Of a stretch of 64,000 nt of DNA, positions 21,113 through 33,819 are shown in pieces. The translations under genes and the position numbers were made by a program. How positions within the stretch are numbered: the stretch's first letter is position 1; each line of letters opens with the position of its first letter. The notes beneath the pieces are model-generated. The model was not told where the DNA came from. It saw nothing but the letters and a program-made list of their open reading frames with translations, and searched no databases. The stretch is from an uncultured Nitrososphaeraceae archaeon (GTDB lineage: Archaea > Thermoproteota > Nitrososphaeria > Nitrososphaerales > Nitrososphaeraceae). The stretch spans positions 29,000 through 92,999 of the forward strand of contig CAWIMJ010000013.1 of NCBI GenBank assembly GCA_963837175.1. The letters run 5' to 3'.

Positions 21113-22009
21113 GAGCCTATCCCAAAAATAGATAGACATATAGCTTGAAGATAATCTGCTTATACATGTGACGTATAGGAAAAAGAAACATCTTCCAACC
21201 ATCAGAAAGATTCCAGATGATTTATGAGATGAGATCAAGATAATACTTCCATCAGAAAAACTAGATAAAACTATAGGACGTCCAGTTGTACCATTTAGAA
21301 AAGTATTAGATGGCATTCTCTATGTTTTAAGAACTGGATGTCAGTGGAAGATGTTGCCTGAGGAGTATGGTTCTGGTTCTACATGTCATAGACGATTTCA
21401 GGAATGGACAGTGTCTAAAGTATTTCAGAAATTGTGGGTTAGGCTGTTGGAAGTATATATGATAATCTCAGAGGTATTAGTTGGCTTTGGCAGTCCCTTG
21501 ACAGTGTGTCTATAAAGACACCTTTAGGGGGGACATGACTGGTCTAAATTCAACTGATAGAGGAGGCAAACTAGGAACAAAGCGTCACGTACTAACAGAC
21601 AAGAAAGGTATTCCATTATCTGTTCTTATCACTGCTCAAATACACATGATATGAAGGCTGCAATAAAAACAATAGATGGATGGTATTTTGATAAAAAGAA
21701 GAAGAATATCTTCACAGAAACAGAACCTGTGTCTTGACAAAGGATATGATTTTCAGGAGATAGAACATGAGTCTATCAAAAGATACTATATACCACACAT
21801 ACGTCAGAGAGGAGAAGATAGTAGCTTGATTAAGAATAATGATGGATTTCATGTGAGTAGAAGATGGGTTGTTGAAAGAACAAACTCATGGCATAACAAA
21901 TTCAGGAAACTACTTGTAAGATATGAAAAGAAAGCAGAGAATTACCTTGGATTGGTACAATTAGCTTGTTGCATTATAGTATCTAGGAGGATAATTTTGG
22001 GATAGGCTC
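21113..22009 (+). mobile_element. IS5-family element (split-ORF type), full length but inactivated
   Basis: TIRs GAGCCTATCCCAAAA / TTTTGGGATAGGCTC, TTA on both flanks, DKGYD and RWVVERTNSW..RYEK motifs; in-frame TGA near 21225 and several indels. Confidence 0.93.
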
Positions 22010-22118
22010 TTAAATATGAAATAAAGATGTATAATCTTCGCAGGAAAGGCTTTTATATTCTTATACCTTTAACCAGATAGTGATTCTACAGAATTTCACT
22101 ATATATCTAGCAGAATTC

Positions 22119-22787
22119 ATGTTATTCAAAAAGGATTACTTATAAGACAATCGATTTCTTTAGCGTTATTGTTACTACTTGTTGGAGGAGGCGGAGTAGG
22201 CGTATTATTACCAGTACCAACCGTATCAGCGCAGAAGTCAAATTTTGAAAATAATGAGGATTTTGACCATACGCAGGATACTGATAATGGAGAAAGAAAA
22301 GTTATTACTACAGGACCTAATGTAGTGACTGGCCAACACACTGCCAACAACACATGGAGATGATACAATAACAGGTAACAATGATGGTGATGAGATAAGA
22401 GGAACCGATAATGATGATACCATAATTGGTACATTTCTTAATGACATATTAGTAGGTCGTGGTGGAGACGATACCTTGAATGGTGCCTATGGTTCAGATA
22501 CAATAGAAGGTAATGATGGCGACGATACAGTACAAGGAGCAGAACTAGATGATCAAATCTATGGAGGCAAAGGAAATGATGTCCTTTCTGGTGGACTCGG
22601 AAATGACTATATCTCAGGTGGAGATGGAAAAGATGAATTGTATGGTGACTTTCTTGACGATACTCTAAGAGGAGGACCTGGTCCAGATTACTTTGACTGT
22701 GGAGATGGTTTTGATGTAATATTAGACTATGACAAAGCTGAAGGTGATGTCTATACAATGAACTGTGAAGTAATAAATAGCGTGTAA
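22119..22787 (+). pseudogene. RTX-type (GGxGxD) calcium-binding secreted protein, frameshifted copy
   Basis: Signal peptide fragment 22169..22363 plus RTX nonapeptides 22476..22787; near-identical to the 3' part of 23851..24579. Confidence 0.8.
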
Positions 22788-23850
22788 TAGTAAAGTATAG
22801 TAGTAAATATACATAAGTATATTTATACAATTTTTTTATAACATTCTACTATCTCTATATTATTGTCCAGTGTACACTTACATAAATATGAAGGCTTATT
22901 ATTTTCTTATAGAAAAATTACTGACCTTGTGCCAGTAACAAAAGAGAACGCCAGATAATCAGAAAAGAGACTATTCCTTAAATAATATTATTGATATACT
23001 TCTAACTAACTATGGTTATGTTTATTATTAATTTTATAAAAATATATATATCTGTTATGAATTCAGTATTATTTTAAGTAAATATATTATTAATACTTCA
23101 AAGGAGATATATAAACAACTCAACTTTAGTAATGGTGCAATCTTAGGTTGTAACAAACTATAGTAACACTAGTTGTGCCACCTATTGCATGCACCAAGTG
23201 CATCCTATGCGACATCAATTTCAGACAATTTTAGGAGAATGAATGCAGTAGCGTTAGGACTATGTAACTACTGGCACAATAATAATGGTTAGAAGTTAAG
23301 AATAACTGCAAGTCACAATTCTAATTTTTTTAAATAATTATCTACGATTATAGCAATGGCAGTTTTTTAAATCCTCAATACAATATTAAAATCTTATTCA
23401 ACAAGTAAGAGTTTTTAATAAACTGTGAAAACTGATATGCTAGGGATCTATATTTTTGTCCCATGTTCTGTGTAGGGTTCATAAGTAATATCAGGTTATA
23501 TCAGAAATATAATTGTTCTTTTGATAACTTCCTCAATGCTTTTCTATAAAATATCTATTCTAATAGACAATTAGACTTATTCTAATACTCTTAATCTCTT
23601 CATCTTGAATTTAAGATGTGATATCATTTTATTAAAGGAATAGATCATCCCTTCACAGGTAATCTTATTTTTTATGTTCATTATAGTGTGATTTCTTATT
23701 GAAGAAGAGGAGTGTGTTATAACTATAGACATTAAAAGTAATAAAATAATTAAACTAGTTTCGTATAATATTGTCTATCCTATTTCTCATATTTATATTT
23801 TAGGTGATATGATTCGAATCAGTTATTATCTATGAAAGATAGCTATCTCA

Positions 23851-24579
23851 ATGTCAGGAAGCTTTCCTTCAACAACAGCAATGATGATAATAATAACAAT
23901 AGTTGTTGGCTCAATATTGATACTTGTTGCATTTTCATTACCATTTGTTGTAGTTGTATCAGCTGATGATGGCTCAAATGGAATGAGTGTACCATCGGTT
24001 GTAAGTAGTGTATCATCTCTTGTTATAGACAATAATCATGAAGACTTTGATAATTTTGATCACACTCATGATACTGGTAGTACTGAGAGAAAAGTTATTA
24101 CTACAGGACCTGGTGTAGCAACTAGCAACACACTACCAACACATCCAGGCGATAATACAATAACAGGTAACAATGATGGTGATGAGATAAGAGGAACCGA
24201 TAATGATGATACCATAATTGGTACATTTCTTAATGACAGATTATTTGGTCTTGATGGAGACGATACCTTGAATGGTGCCTATGGTTCAGATACAATAGAA
24301 GGTAATGATGGTGACGATACAGTACAAGGAGCAGAACTAGATGATCAAATCTATGGAGGCAAAGGAAATGATGTCCTTTCTGGTGGATTCGGAAATGACT
24401 ATATCTCAGGTGGAGATGGAAAAGATGAATTGTATGGTGACTTTCTTGACGATACTCTAAGAGGAGGACCTGGTCCAGATTACTTTGACTGCGGAGATGG
24501 TTTTGATGTAATATTAGACTATGACAAAGCTGAAGGTGATGTCTATACAACGAATTGTGAAGTAATAAATAGTGTGTAA
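23851..24579 (+). CDS. Secreted hemolysin-type calcium-binding (RTX repeat) protein
   Basis: N-terminal hydrophobic helix; GGKGND, GGFGND, GGDGKD, GGPGPDYFDCGDG repeats. Confidence 0.88.
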   Translation: MSGSFPSTTAMMIIITIVVGSILILVAFSLPFVVVVSADDGSNGMSVPSVVSSVSSLVIDNNHEDFDNFDHTHDTGSTERKVITTGPGVATSNTLPTHPGDNTITGNNDGDEIRGTDNDDTIIGTFLNDRLFGLDGDDTLNGAYGSDTIEGNDGDDTVQGAELDDQIYGGKGNDVLSGGFGNDYISGGDGKDELYGDFLDDTLRGGPGPDYFDCGDGFDVILDYDKAEGDVYTTNCEVINSV

Positions 24580-27160
24580 TAGTAAAGTATAGTAGTAAAT
24601 ATACACAGACGTACTAATGTAAATTTTTTATATCTTATATTCCTATACATGTCTTATTTAAAAATGTGTATTATAAGACCTTCAAATATAAAAAATAGTT
24701 GATGAAAAATATTCCATATATTTTAAAGCAAAAAGGGAAGGATATTCTTAAAAGCTAGGAGTTGAGATAAAAGAAGAGAGAGTCGCAAAATAGTTAAGTT
24801 TTATTAAAGATGGATAGTTAACCTTAATGTAACCTGTTAAAGGCTTCAAGATATTGGTGATTTTGTTGTCAGTAAACCGGAATTATATTTTGTATATTCT
24901 TAATGAGCGTAAATATTATTTGCAATCTAATCTAATGCTTATATCCATCAGAGATAACTTAATTTTCTAAAAGTATTTTGTCTGTCTATAAACAAGACGG
25001 GGGATCTTGTTTTAATGTTTGCTGATAGGACTGGAACTTGTTGGTATTATGTCACATGCACTTTCAACCAAATGAAGCAGAAAGGGCTGGAGATCCAAAA
25101 AAATTCTGCTTCAAATGCAAAATGAATTGAAGTGAGTTGAAGTTAACAAAAGTAATAATAAATGATTATGTCGTAATGTCTCATTGCTGCTGAATATATA
25201 TACTAACTAACAAAAGTTCGTTTACAGATTTTTCTTAATATGTAAGGTTTACTATGCTTAAAAAATCCTTTTACTTGGTTTTAAAAGATATACGAAATTA
25301 TGTTAGGCAGTATAGCTAATGATAATCGTAGCGTCGCTACTATCACGACGGTCCCAGCCACTGTTTCCGATGGAGTAAGATTGATTTAGATAACTCTGCA
25401 GACGTTGCTAACATTTATAAAATCAGATATCCAATTTAAGCAACAAAAGAAATAGAAACAATAAATGCGAATTGGGCCGGCTTGATTATTGTTAAATGTT
25501 ATCGATACTATTTGTGGGCCCATGAGATTGTGAATCATATGTTTGAGATACTTCATATACAACAATGATAGTAGTCAAAATACATTTTCTCATGAGGCTA
25601 TGATTTCTTTATAAAAAGTAGGATTTCTGTTGCTTAATTCTTCATTTAAAAAGCTGTGTGAACGTGACTATGATACTCTCTCAGAAGTAATCAATTAGCC
25701 GTCTTTGATATCTAAATCTATTGATTATTTTCTTTACTTGTTATGTTTTTCTTGCTGCCATTATAACTGTTATGTCTAATCTATACACCGGGAGCTATAG
25801 CAGGATCCCAATCTGGATTGCAGTCTTCATCTAGGTCAGAAGTACTATCGACGCATTTATAGTCCGATTTGTCTTCTTCAGATCGTGAAGCATTTGACTT
25901 ATGTGTTCAAATCAAGAGTAGTTCTATCAACATAAACAAATTCTTTATACAGCCATTTTATGGTTTTAAGAAGTAAAAATTTTGGAGTCATATTTTTATA
26001 AAGGATCGAGTGGGATTCAAAATAAAATTGACGAATATTTTGGCCCATGATTGAGATAGATTGGAATAGTTTTAATTCAGAAGACTATATTTTTCCATTT
26101 TAATAAATAACTGGTTCATGTTCGGTGAGGGAATGCAAGACAAATTTGACTCTATTTTGCAACTCAGAACTGTATTGTAGACCCATTGCATAGGTTAAGA
26201 ACTGCTTTAATTCCTCAAAAAAATAAAAAGATAATAGAATTAAGATCTCTTAATATGGGATCTTATTTTCTGTCTTAATTCAGGGATCATCAAGTCTTCT
26301 GTCTTATATCCATATCTCTTATAGCATGTTCTTCAGTAGTTCTAATAATTTCCTCGTCTGTTTCATCCTTGTAACGTAGTCACAGTCCATTCTTACCTCG
26401 TGGGTCATGAGATAGTTAACATTATTTCTTTGTTAAGACTAGCTATAACAAATTAATATAAATAAATCTACAATGACACAAAGTAAATGCTTACTGCAAA
26501 ATTCTGCAGGTTCGATGAGATTAGTTCCCTGCATGTAAAAGAATTATGTTGATCTATTTTGCATTTATACATTGCTTTAGAAGTGAAAACATCTTCACAA
26601 AAAGCAGGAACAGAACTTAAGGTTAAAAAAGCAGATTGACTTTTATTTCTACTTCTAAATCATCTTTTTATCAATAGCTGGGTTAAAATTTTTAGGATCT
26701 AAATGTATTATCCATTAATCGTATATTCTTAATAGTCTAGATGTTATATCTTCTTATTTCTGATCTTTTTAAAAGTTTTAGATATTTCAATTCAGTGGGA
26801 TAAATAACTGCAGGAAGATTAAACCAATAATGTTTCAGGTTCATGATCCACCTGCTAGTGCAATAATAAAAGTCTTGGAATAAATACTGATCTCACATTA
26901 AGTCTAGACAAAATCTCATGAATTCTAATATAGTTGGAATATTTCAAGATTCCCCATTTATAGATATAACTATTTATTTTTCAATTACGGAAACCATCTG
27001 CGGGATATATGATTTGTTTTCTGATTTTGAATTAATCTTTGCTAACAGTGTACTTTCATTTTGGACTTTTACCTTTTTAACATGGTTGGCTATTTACGGG
27101 ATAAATAAATGCTACAACAAAATAGTTTGAATTTGATCGTTGCCTATTGTAGCGTAAAGT

Positions 27161-28081
27161 TTACCTGCTTTTAGATTCACAGCAATACCAGATGGGCCTT
27201 CTGATGGTGCTCGCGGCCAAGTTCAGCTTATCATCAAAGCCCTTTAATCCCCACTTTGTAATGAATTTACCATCACCGGTAAACTTTTGAATGCGATTAT
27301 TGTTCTGATCGACTACGTACACATTACTTAAGGAATCTACAGCAATACCGCCATCTGGATACCAGAATTCTCTGTCACCTGGACTTGGACATACTCCATA
27401 AAATGTAGGATACAATGGAGGTGAAATGCATTTAGATCCCCACTTTGTAATGAATTTACCATCACCGGTAAACTTTTGAATGCGATTATTGTTCTGATCG
27501 ACTACGTACACATTACTTAAGGAATCTACAGCAACGCCTTTTGGATTAATAAATTGACCATCATCAGAGCCATGAGAGCCCCACTTTGTAATGAATTTAC
27601 CATCACCGGTAAACTTTTGAATGCGATTATTGTTCTGATCGACTACGTACACATTACTTAAGGAATCTACAGCAACACCAGTAGGAAAGCGGAATTGACC
27701 ATCATCAAAGCCCTTTAATCCCCACTTTGTAATGAATTTACCATCACCGGTAAACTTTTGGATTCTGTTGGTAGCAACATCAGATATGTATACATTACCT
27801 GAAGAGTCGATAGCAATACCAGTAGGAAAGAGGAATTGACCATCATCAGAGCCATGAGAGCCCCACTTTGTAATGAATTTACCATCACCGGTAAGCTTTA
27901 GAATGAGATCATTCCAAGAATCAATTACATATACATTACCTGAAGAGTCGATAGCAACACCAGTAGGATAGTAGAGTAGTATGTAATCCTCTTTTGTTGA
28001 ATATACCATGGAAATACCACTTATTGTAGATCCAACCAAAACTAAAGCCAGTAAGAAGAACAATATTATTTTCTTTTTCAT
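27161..28081 (-). CDS. Secreted NHL-repeat beta-propeller protein
   Basis: Signal peptide; repeats of P.GVAVDS..NVYV.D..NNRIQKF..DGKFITKWG on a 141-bp nucleotide unit; aberrant C-terminus. Confidence 0.92.
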   Translation of the reverse strand: MKKKIILFFLLALVLVGSTISGISMVYSTKEDYILLYYPTGVAIDSSGNVYVIDSWNDLILKLTGDGKFITKWGSHGSDDGQFLFPTGIAIDSSGNVYISDVATNRIQKFTGDGKFITKWGLKGFDDGQFRFPTGVAVDSLSNVYVVDQNNNRIQKFTGDGKFITKWGSHGSDDGQFINPKGVAVDSLSNVYVVDQNNNRIQKFTGDGKFITKWGSKCISPPLYPTFYGVCPSPGDREFWYPDGGIAVDSLSNVYVVDQNNNRIQKFTGDGKFITKWGLKGFDDKLNLAASTIRRPIWYCCESKSR

Positions 28082-28467
28082 GAAATAGCACCAATTGTCA
28101 GTAGCTCTTCAACAATGGCCCTATATACTAACACTTTTAAATTAATTTCTTGTATTATGTTTGCTATTCTGTGAAAGTGAAACATAACAGACTTGGGTGT
28201 CAGAGGTGAATAGTAATCTATCTGAGCTTGATAACTATGGATTATATCAAAATCATACTTGCTAATATTATTAGATGTCAGACTTCTAAATTTCTTTAAA
28301 TTAACCTTTTCTTTATTATCCGTAGAGTTTAGATCAAAGGAAAATGGCCCAATTCCTACATTATAGCCTATTTTGTTAAGTCCATTACAAAGATTATTGA
28401 TAACAACTTCCACTCTACCTGCCCTAAAGTAATTTGAAACTATCATGAGAATGGATGCTTTATCCAT
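28078..28467 (-). pseudogene. N-terminal fragment of a GT4 glycosyltransferase
   Basis: ILM....RAG.VE.V..NL..GL...G and FDIIHS motifs; the C-terminal domain is missing. Confidence 0.6.
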
Positions 28468-28649
28468 AGACCCTAATTCTAAACTAAATATGTCCGTATT
28501 TATTAATTATTGGTTGTCATCAATTGGCAAACTATGCTAGTTATTATTTTATGAATCCGGAGTATACAATATATGCTATTTATTTATTTTATAAAATTTG
28601 ACAATTTGTTATTATCTATGTTCAGCATTCTCTAAAAGACTTTTTTTAT

Positions 28650-29788
28650 AGTAATACTCAATAAGTTAATGAATCTGTATGGTTAGATTCAAACCTTCCT
28701 CTATGCTGATAGTAGGTTTCCAATTGAATGCATTGGAAACTTTTGTTAAGTCAGCTGTCATCTTGACTAGAACATCGGATCTACATTATTATTGCTATAG
28801 CACATGTTATTTTCTTATTCAGTAATTTGGCTGTTATCTCTGGCACTTCTTTAAGAGTGTGGCTTGTTACATAACCTATATTATAGAGATTATATCTAGT
28901 TGGGAATTTACTCCACATAATTGCTATAGGGCCTATAAAATCGGCAATAAAAGTAAGTCTGTATATTTTCCACTAACTAACACCTTTAAATTTTCTTGAT
29001 TTGTTAAATAACAGCATGAATAAAAGTAATGGTTCAAATTCAGGTTCATATAAATTAGACCGAATCTGACACCATAAATCCCAAACTTTTGTGAATAATT
29101 TTGAGTTGTTCAGCGAGCTGATTTGTTGCACAAATCTAATATTAGTCAATTAAGTTCGGAAAACTTTCAAATGATAGATATCACTTCTGAGCCATTCATA
29201 GTGATCCTGAACTCACCTAACAAACAATTTTTCCGAATTATGCAACAAAGCGCAGCAGGCAATTTTCTTTTATTGTAAGGAGAATAAGGATTATCGGATG
29301 TTTTTTGTCAAGAGTATATTCTAGTTGCTCGTAGACATAAGAGCCGACGTAAATTAGTTTCTAGATATTCTCAACTTAGATTTACAATAAGTTTAACGTT
29401 CTCAATGGTTAGTATTATAAGTTACATGAGGGTTTATTCAGTGAATTCTTAATAGATGTCTCTGCAGCGAGAGTTGCTTAGGATAAGCCTTAAAGTTTAT
29501 TTCAAAAGTCTCTTCAGGGTTTATAATAGAACGATCACGTGAATTTTGCGGCAAGGTGGATTATAGTATCGAAATCGGTAGCAAATCTATGATATTCTTT
29601 ATCTGGATGAATATCGTTATGAATGAAATTAAAGTTGTTTGTATTTAAGAGAGTACGGGTATTGGGTATTGAAATGTTTCTGTTAATCAAATTATCAAGC
29701 GCGTAAACCGTGTAGCCGTCACGAACATTATCTTTGAGACAAACGACTTCCTAAGAAACCTGCAGCACCAAGTTATCAGAATTTTCAT
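28650..29788 (-). pseudogene. Heavily degraded NAD-dependent epimerase/dehydratase
   Basis: MKILIT/GAAGFLGS at 29788 with a frameshift; relic IIHLAA and downstream fragments; many stops. Confidence 0.65.
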
Positions 29789-30308
29789 AGTTTTACTTGA
29801 AACTCAGTTAAACAATATAGATACATTTCTGTATATATTATATATTCGCGTTATTACACATTTAACATCCCACAGATGGACTTTATACCTAGTCGAGAAC
29901 GATTTTTATTAACTTGCTTTATATTGGGAACGCATCATTATATGAATTAGGATCTAATTTCTCATTAAAGCATTTAAGCGATATAATTTATCAAATTTGG
30001 ATTGATCACTAGGTACTGTTTTTCTATTCATTTTTTATAGTCTAACATGGTCTATATTTTACATTTGTGCATATAGAAAATGCCTCAACAATAAAATAGC
30101 TATGAGTTTTGGAAGAGTCCAATAAAATATCAAATTCTTATGAAGTCTTAACATACATAAACTATTGTTATGATATGCTTATCTCTATAATATGCAAACC
30201 AATGCTTGTGAACATATTTTATTTTTCTTCATTCTAATTCGCCTCTATCCACTATCTCCCATTAGTTGTGTTATTAATGAATTATGGTCTTATTGTAGTT
30301 GAGTTGTC

Positions 30309-32386
30309 TTATTTTACAACTTCATAGACTGCAGATGGACCGACTTGTTTAACAACTTTTAAAAAAGGCATTCGGCTAAATATTCCGCTATATTGGAATG
30401 CATCAAATCTTTTAGGATGAAAAAGACCTTCACCTCCTATTCCTGGTATATCCAAATAATTCCATTCAGAATTTAGAACTATGTACTTTACATCATATTT
30501 ATCAATAAATTGTCTTAGAAGTTCCGGTCTGTTCCATGTAATTGTACTATCTTTAGCCCGTTCATACTCGATTGGTGAATCAGGATACCATTTAGCTGTA
30601 ACATTTTTAAAAGAAAATGAATAAATAAAGGAGCTTGTAAACGAATAATCAGTCATTAAAAGAGCACTTGAATTTATATTATGGCTGATCCATGCCAGCA
30701 AATCATAATCCATCCTAAACCAATCTGATCTTGGAAACCAACCCCAGATATTGGCTTGTTCAAGCCTTATATGTGATATAAAAGGCGATAAGAATAGTAT
30801 AGATATTAACACTAAAGATATTGCTGCCCGTGAGGTATGCAAAACATTCATACAATTAATATATTTTCTATTAATAGCCTTTAACGATATTTTGTTGGTC
30901 GACCAGCTTACAAAGTCGCCTGTATACGTTGATAACATTATTGTGTCAACGATAATTAGAAGCGGAAATAATCGCTTTGACAAGATGAACCACATATAAT
31001 CAGCGGTTATATTCCAAGTAGATAGAAGTATAGAACCAGAGAATAATAAATAGAATATACTCAAATTCCAACGATTCCTTTTGATTAATGATATACCAGC
31101 TAATAGCATAGTCAAGCATGTTAAAATAAAGCCAGTGAAATCGGAAAAGAGATCTATTGGTTTGAGATTATAACCCGAGGACAACGAGTTAACTGCCTGA
31201 ATTATCTTGGAAATTGTCCAAATTATTTCATGAAAACCTGTATTTTCAAAATGTATCACAAATGCTATAGAGAGAACTAATAATATTCCAATTATAATCA
31301 TCTGTCTAGGTTTGATGGATATATTGCTTCTAGACATGTGATGAAAATACTTGTTCATCTGTTTTTTCCTCTAGCTTATGAAAGTTAGATATATAAAAAA
31401 ATCTATGCAGCAAACGAAGTGCAGCTTTAAATCTATAACGTAAATGAAATATGTACCATGAAGATATATAGAGAAAAGGCAGGATAGCTAAGGGTGTGTA
31501 TGTTATTCCAATGCCAAGTATAGATATTAAAACTATTATTTTGAATTTGATATCTTTCCGATATCCATCGAATATTATAAACACGCAGGCCATAAAAACT
31601 AATAAGGCTAAGTAACCAAAAAGATTAGCATAAGTTCCGTTATAATAGTATCCAAGTAACCAATACTCCAAATTACTGCCGGGATAAATGTAAAAACCGG
31701 ATGTCAATGCTAATATGGAAAGTGCAGTAGATTCTGGTTAGAAAGTAGACTAGCGAGTAAATTAGTACTAAAATTAAAATAACAATTACTGTTGCAAGAA
31801 TAAAAAGACCCTCTCCTGGAAATAATCCGAAAAGCAAAGATAAGTTAGCAGACATTACATGTAACCCAAAAGGTTCAAACCACGGCTCAGAAGGGGCAAT
31901 TGGTGCCAAAGTAGTTTGTAATCTATGATTATGGACTAGAATACTTATGAGTAATCCATGGTTTGATGCGTCCCCAGCTGGAGGCCATCCCATATACCCA
32001 GCAACCAGCGAAAAATGGATAATAATAAAGACAAAGACCAATACGGAGACAGAGTATGGCACATATTCTGATGGCTTTGGCTTTATCGAGGAGAAGAATT
32101 TGAGTATATTAAAACCTGAATTTGATTTATGTAATCGAAAAATTAGTAACCCATAAGAAATAATACCATATGCAATAAACCCTGCACTTCCAATATACAC
32201 AATACCTATCATTGAAAGCACAATGGTAGTTATTATTAGACCAAAAGAGATATAGATTGGAAACTTCACAATGACTGGAAGAGACCTCATTTTGCCATTC
32301 AAAACTAAAAATCCTGAAGGAAAGTAAAGTAAAAATTGTAATAAGATATATAAAAATGCGCTATTTTGATTTAAAAGAGAGTCCAA
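30309..32386 (-). pseudogene. Large polytopic membrane protein (possible GT-C fold glycan transferase) split into three ORFs
   Basis: Overlapping ORFs 31673..32386, 31330..31707 and 30309..31358; WPPAGDASNHG loop after the first TMs; C-terminal YDVKYI soluble domain; located in the glycan cluster. Confidence 0.6.
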
Positions 32387-32859
32387 TTTTAAAATCCCTT
32401 TTATCGACTAATACAGATTATCTTCTTTTATTAATGTAACTATACTGTAACCATATCCTCACTTTCAGATTTGCCGTAGTGAAAATGCTGATTACATACT
32501 TCCTTCAGAGCTCTATTTTCTAAATTGTTTATGATAAAGAATTGAAATATTACCAGTAGAATATATTTAAACCTTGAATCCATTACAACCCATCCAGCAG
32601 ATGTAAGTTCTAACTCTTCCGAAGATCATCACATATTTGAAGCATGTATAAACTCAAACTCATCTCTAGAAATTAATGATTATTTATGATATTGCGCATG
32701 AATCGTCAAGCCTTTGTAATAGTAGCAGTTGACCACACCTCTAATCAGAGTCAAGGTACGTTAGACTAGAAAACATATGACGTTCAGTATTTTGATTAAA
32801 TCAATTTTTTTACACTTTATAGTTTGATATAAATCAAATATTATAGTTGCATCATACCT

Positions 32860-33804
32860 TTAGTCAATTAGATCATTATATTCTGAATTAAACCATTTTA
32901 TCGTTCTCCTTAATCCTTCTTTTAGGATCACAGAAGGCCTGAAGCTTAATTTTTCTTCCGCCCGCTTGGTGCTGACACAACGTCTCGGCTGACCATTTGG
33001 TTTTGAAGTATCCCAGTTTATTGTTCCTTTATAATGCATTAATTTACTAATAGTAATAATCAAATCTTTGATCGATACTTCTTGTCCTGAACCTAAGTTT
33101 ATTGGTTGTATATCATCATATTTTTCTGCTGCTAGAATGATTCCTCTGGCGGCATCCTCAACATATAGAAAATCCCTTGTTGGAGATCCATCACCCCATA
33201 GTGATATTGTTTTAAAGTTGTACTTATTCGCATTGTGAATTTTTAGAATTAATGCAGGAATGACATGAGAACTATTCGGATCGAAATTATCTTTGGGGCC
33301 ATAAAGATTGGTAGGAAAAACAACTATGGATTTGAAATTGTACTGCTGTCGATATGCTTGGGACTGCACTAGGAGCATTTTCTTGGCTAGACCGTAAGGT
33401 GCATTAGTTTCTTCAGGATATCCATCCCATATGGATTCTTCAGAGAATGGAAGTGGAGTGAATTTTGGGTAGCTACATATTGTACCTAGCGCAATAAATT
33501 TTTCAACATTAGCTTTTTTGGCTTCATTCATTAGTTGTATTCCCATTAAAAGATTATCATAAAATAACTCTGCTGGTTTTTCTCTATTTAATCCTATACC
33601 GCCGACTTTAGCAGCAAGGTGGAATACAATATCAACATCTTGCACAACCCGTTTACAATTGGATATTTTAGTCAGATCGCATTCTTTTGATGTGGGTGCA
33701 ATTATTCTTTTTGCTTTTTTTCTCTGTAAAAGGTCGACGATAAAAGATCCTAAGAATCCCTTACCACCTGTAATCAATACATTCTTTTTGCTCCACTCTA
33801 TCAT
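32860..33804 (-). CDS. fcl: GDP-L-fucose synthase
   Basis: TGGKGFLG, HLAAKVGGI, GTICSYPK, PEETNAPYGLAKK, PTNLYGP.DNF..SSHVIPAL, WGDGSPTRDFLY. Confidence 0.93.
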   Translation of the reverse strand: MIEWSKKNVLITGGKGFLGSFIVDLLQRKKAKRIIAPTSKECDLTKISNCKRVVQDVDIVFHLAAKVGGIGLNREKPAELFYDNLLMGIQLMNEAKKANVEKFIALGTICSYPKFTPLPFSEESIWDGYPEETNAPYGLAKKMLLVQSQAYRQQYNFKSIVVFPTNLYGPKDNFDPNSSHVIPALILKIHNANKYNFKTISLWGDGSPTRDFLYVEDAARGIILAAEKYDDIQPINLGSGQEVSIKDLIITISKLMHYKGTINWDTSKPNGQPRRCVSTKRAEEKLSFRPSVILKEGLRRTIKWFNSEYNDLID

Positions 33805-33819
33805 ATCTAATTCTCATTA

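Noticed and set aside
23170-23280. TTGTGCCA...TGGCACAA inverted pair with small internal hairpins
   Set aside because: Only an 8-bp match with no TSD or consistent fold; too weak to call a MITE or RNA.
24620-27150. 2.5-kb ORF-poor stretch with scattered coding-like fragments
   Set aside because: Fragments are too degraded to assign; no repeats or stable structure were found by eye.
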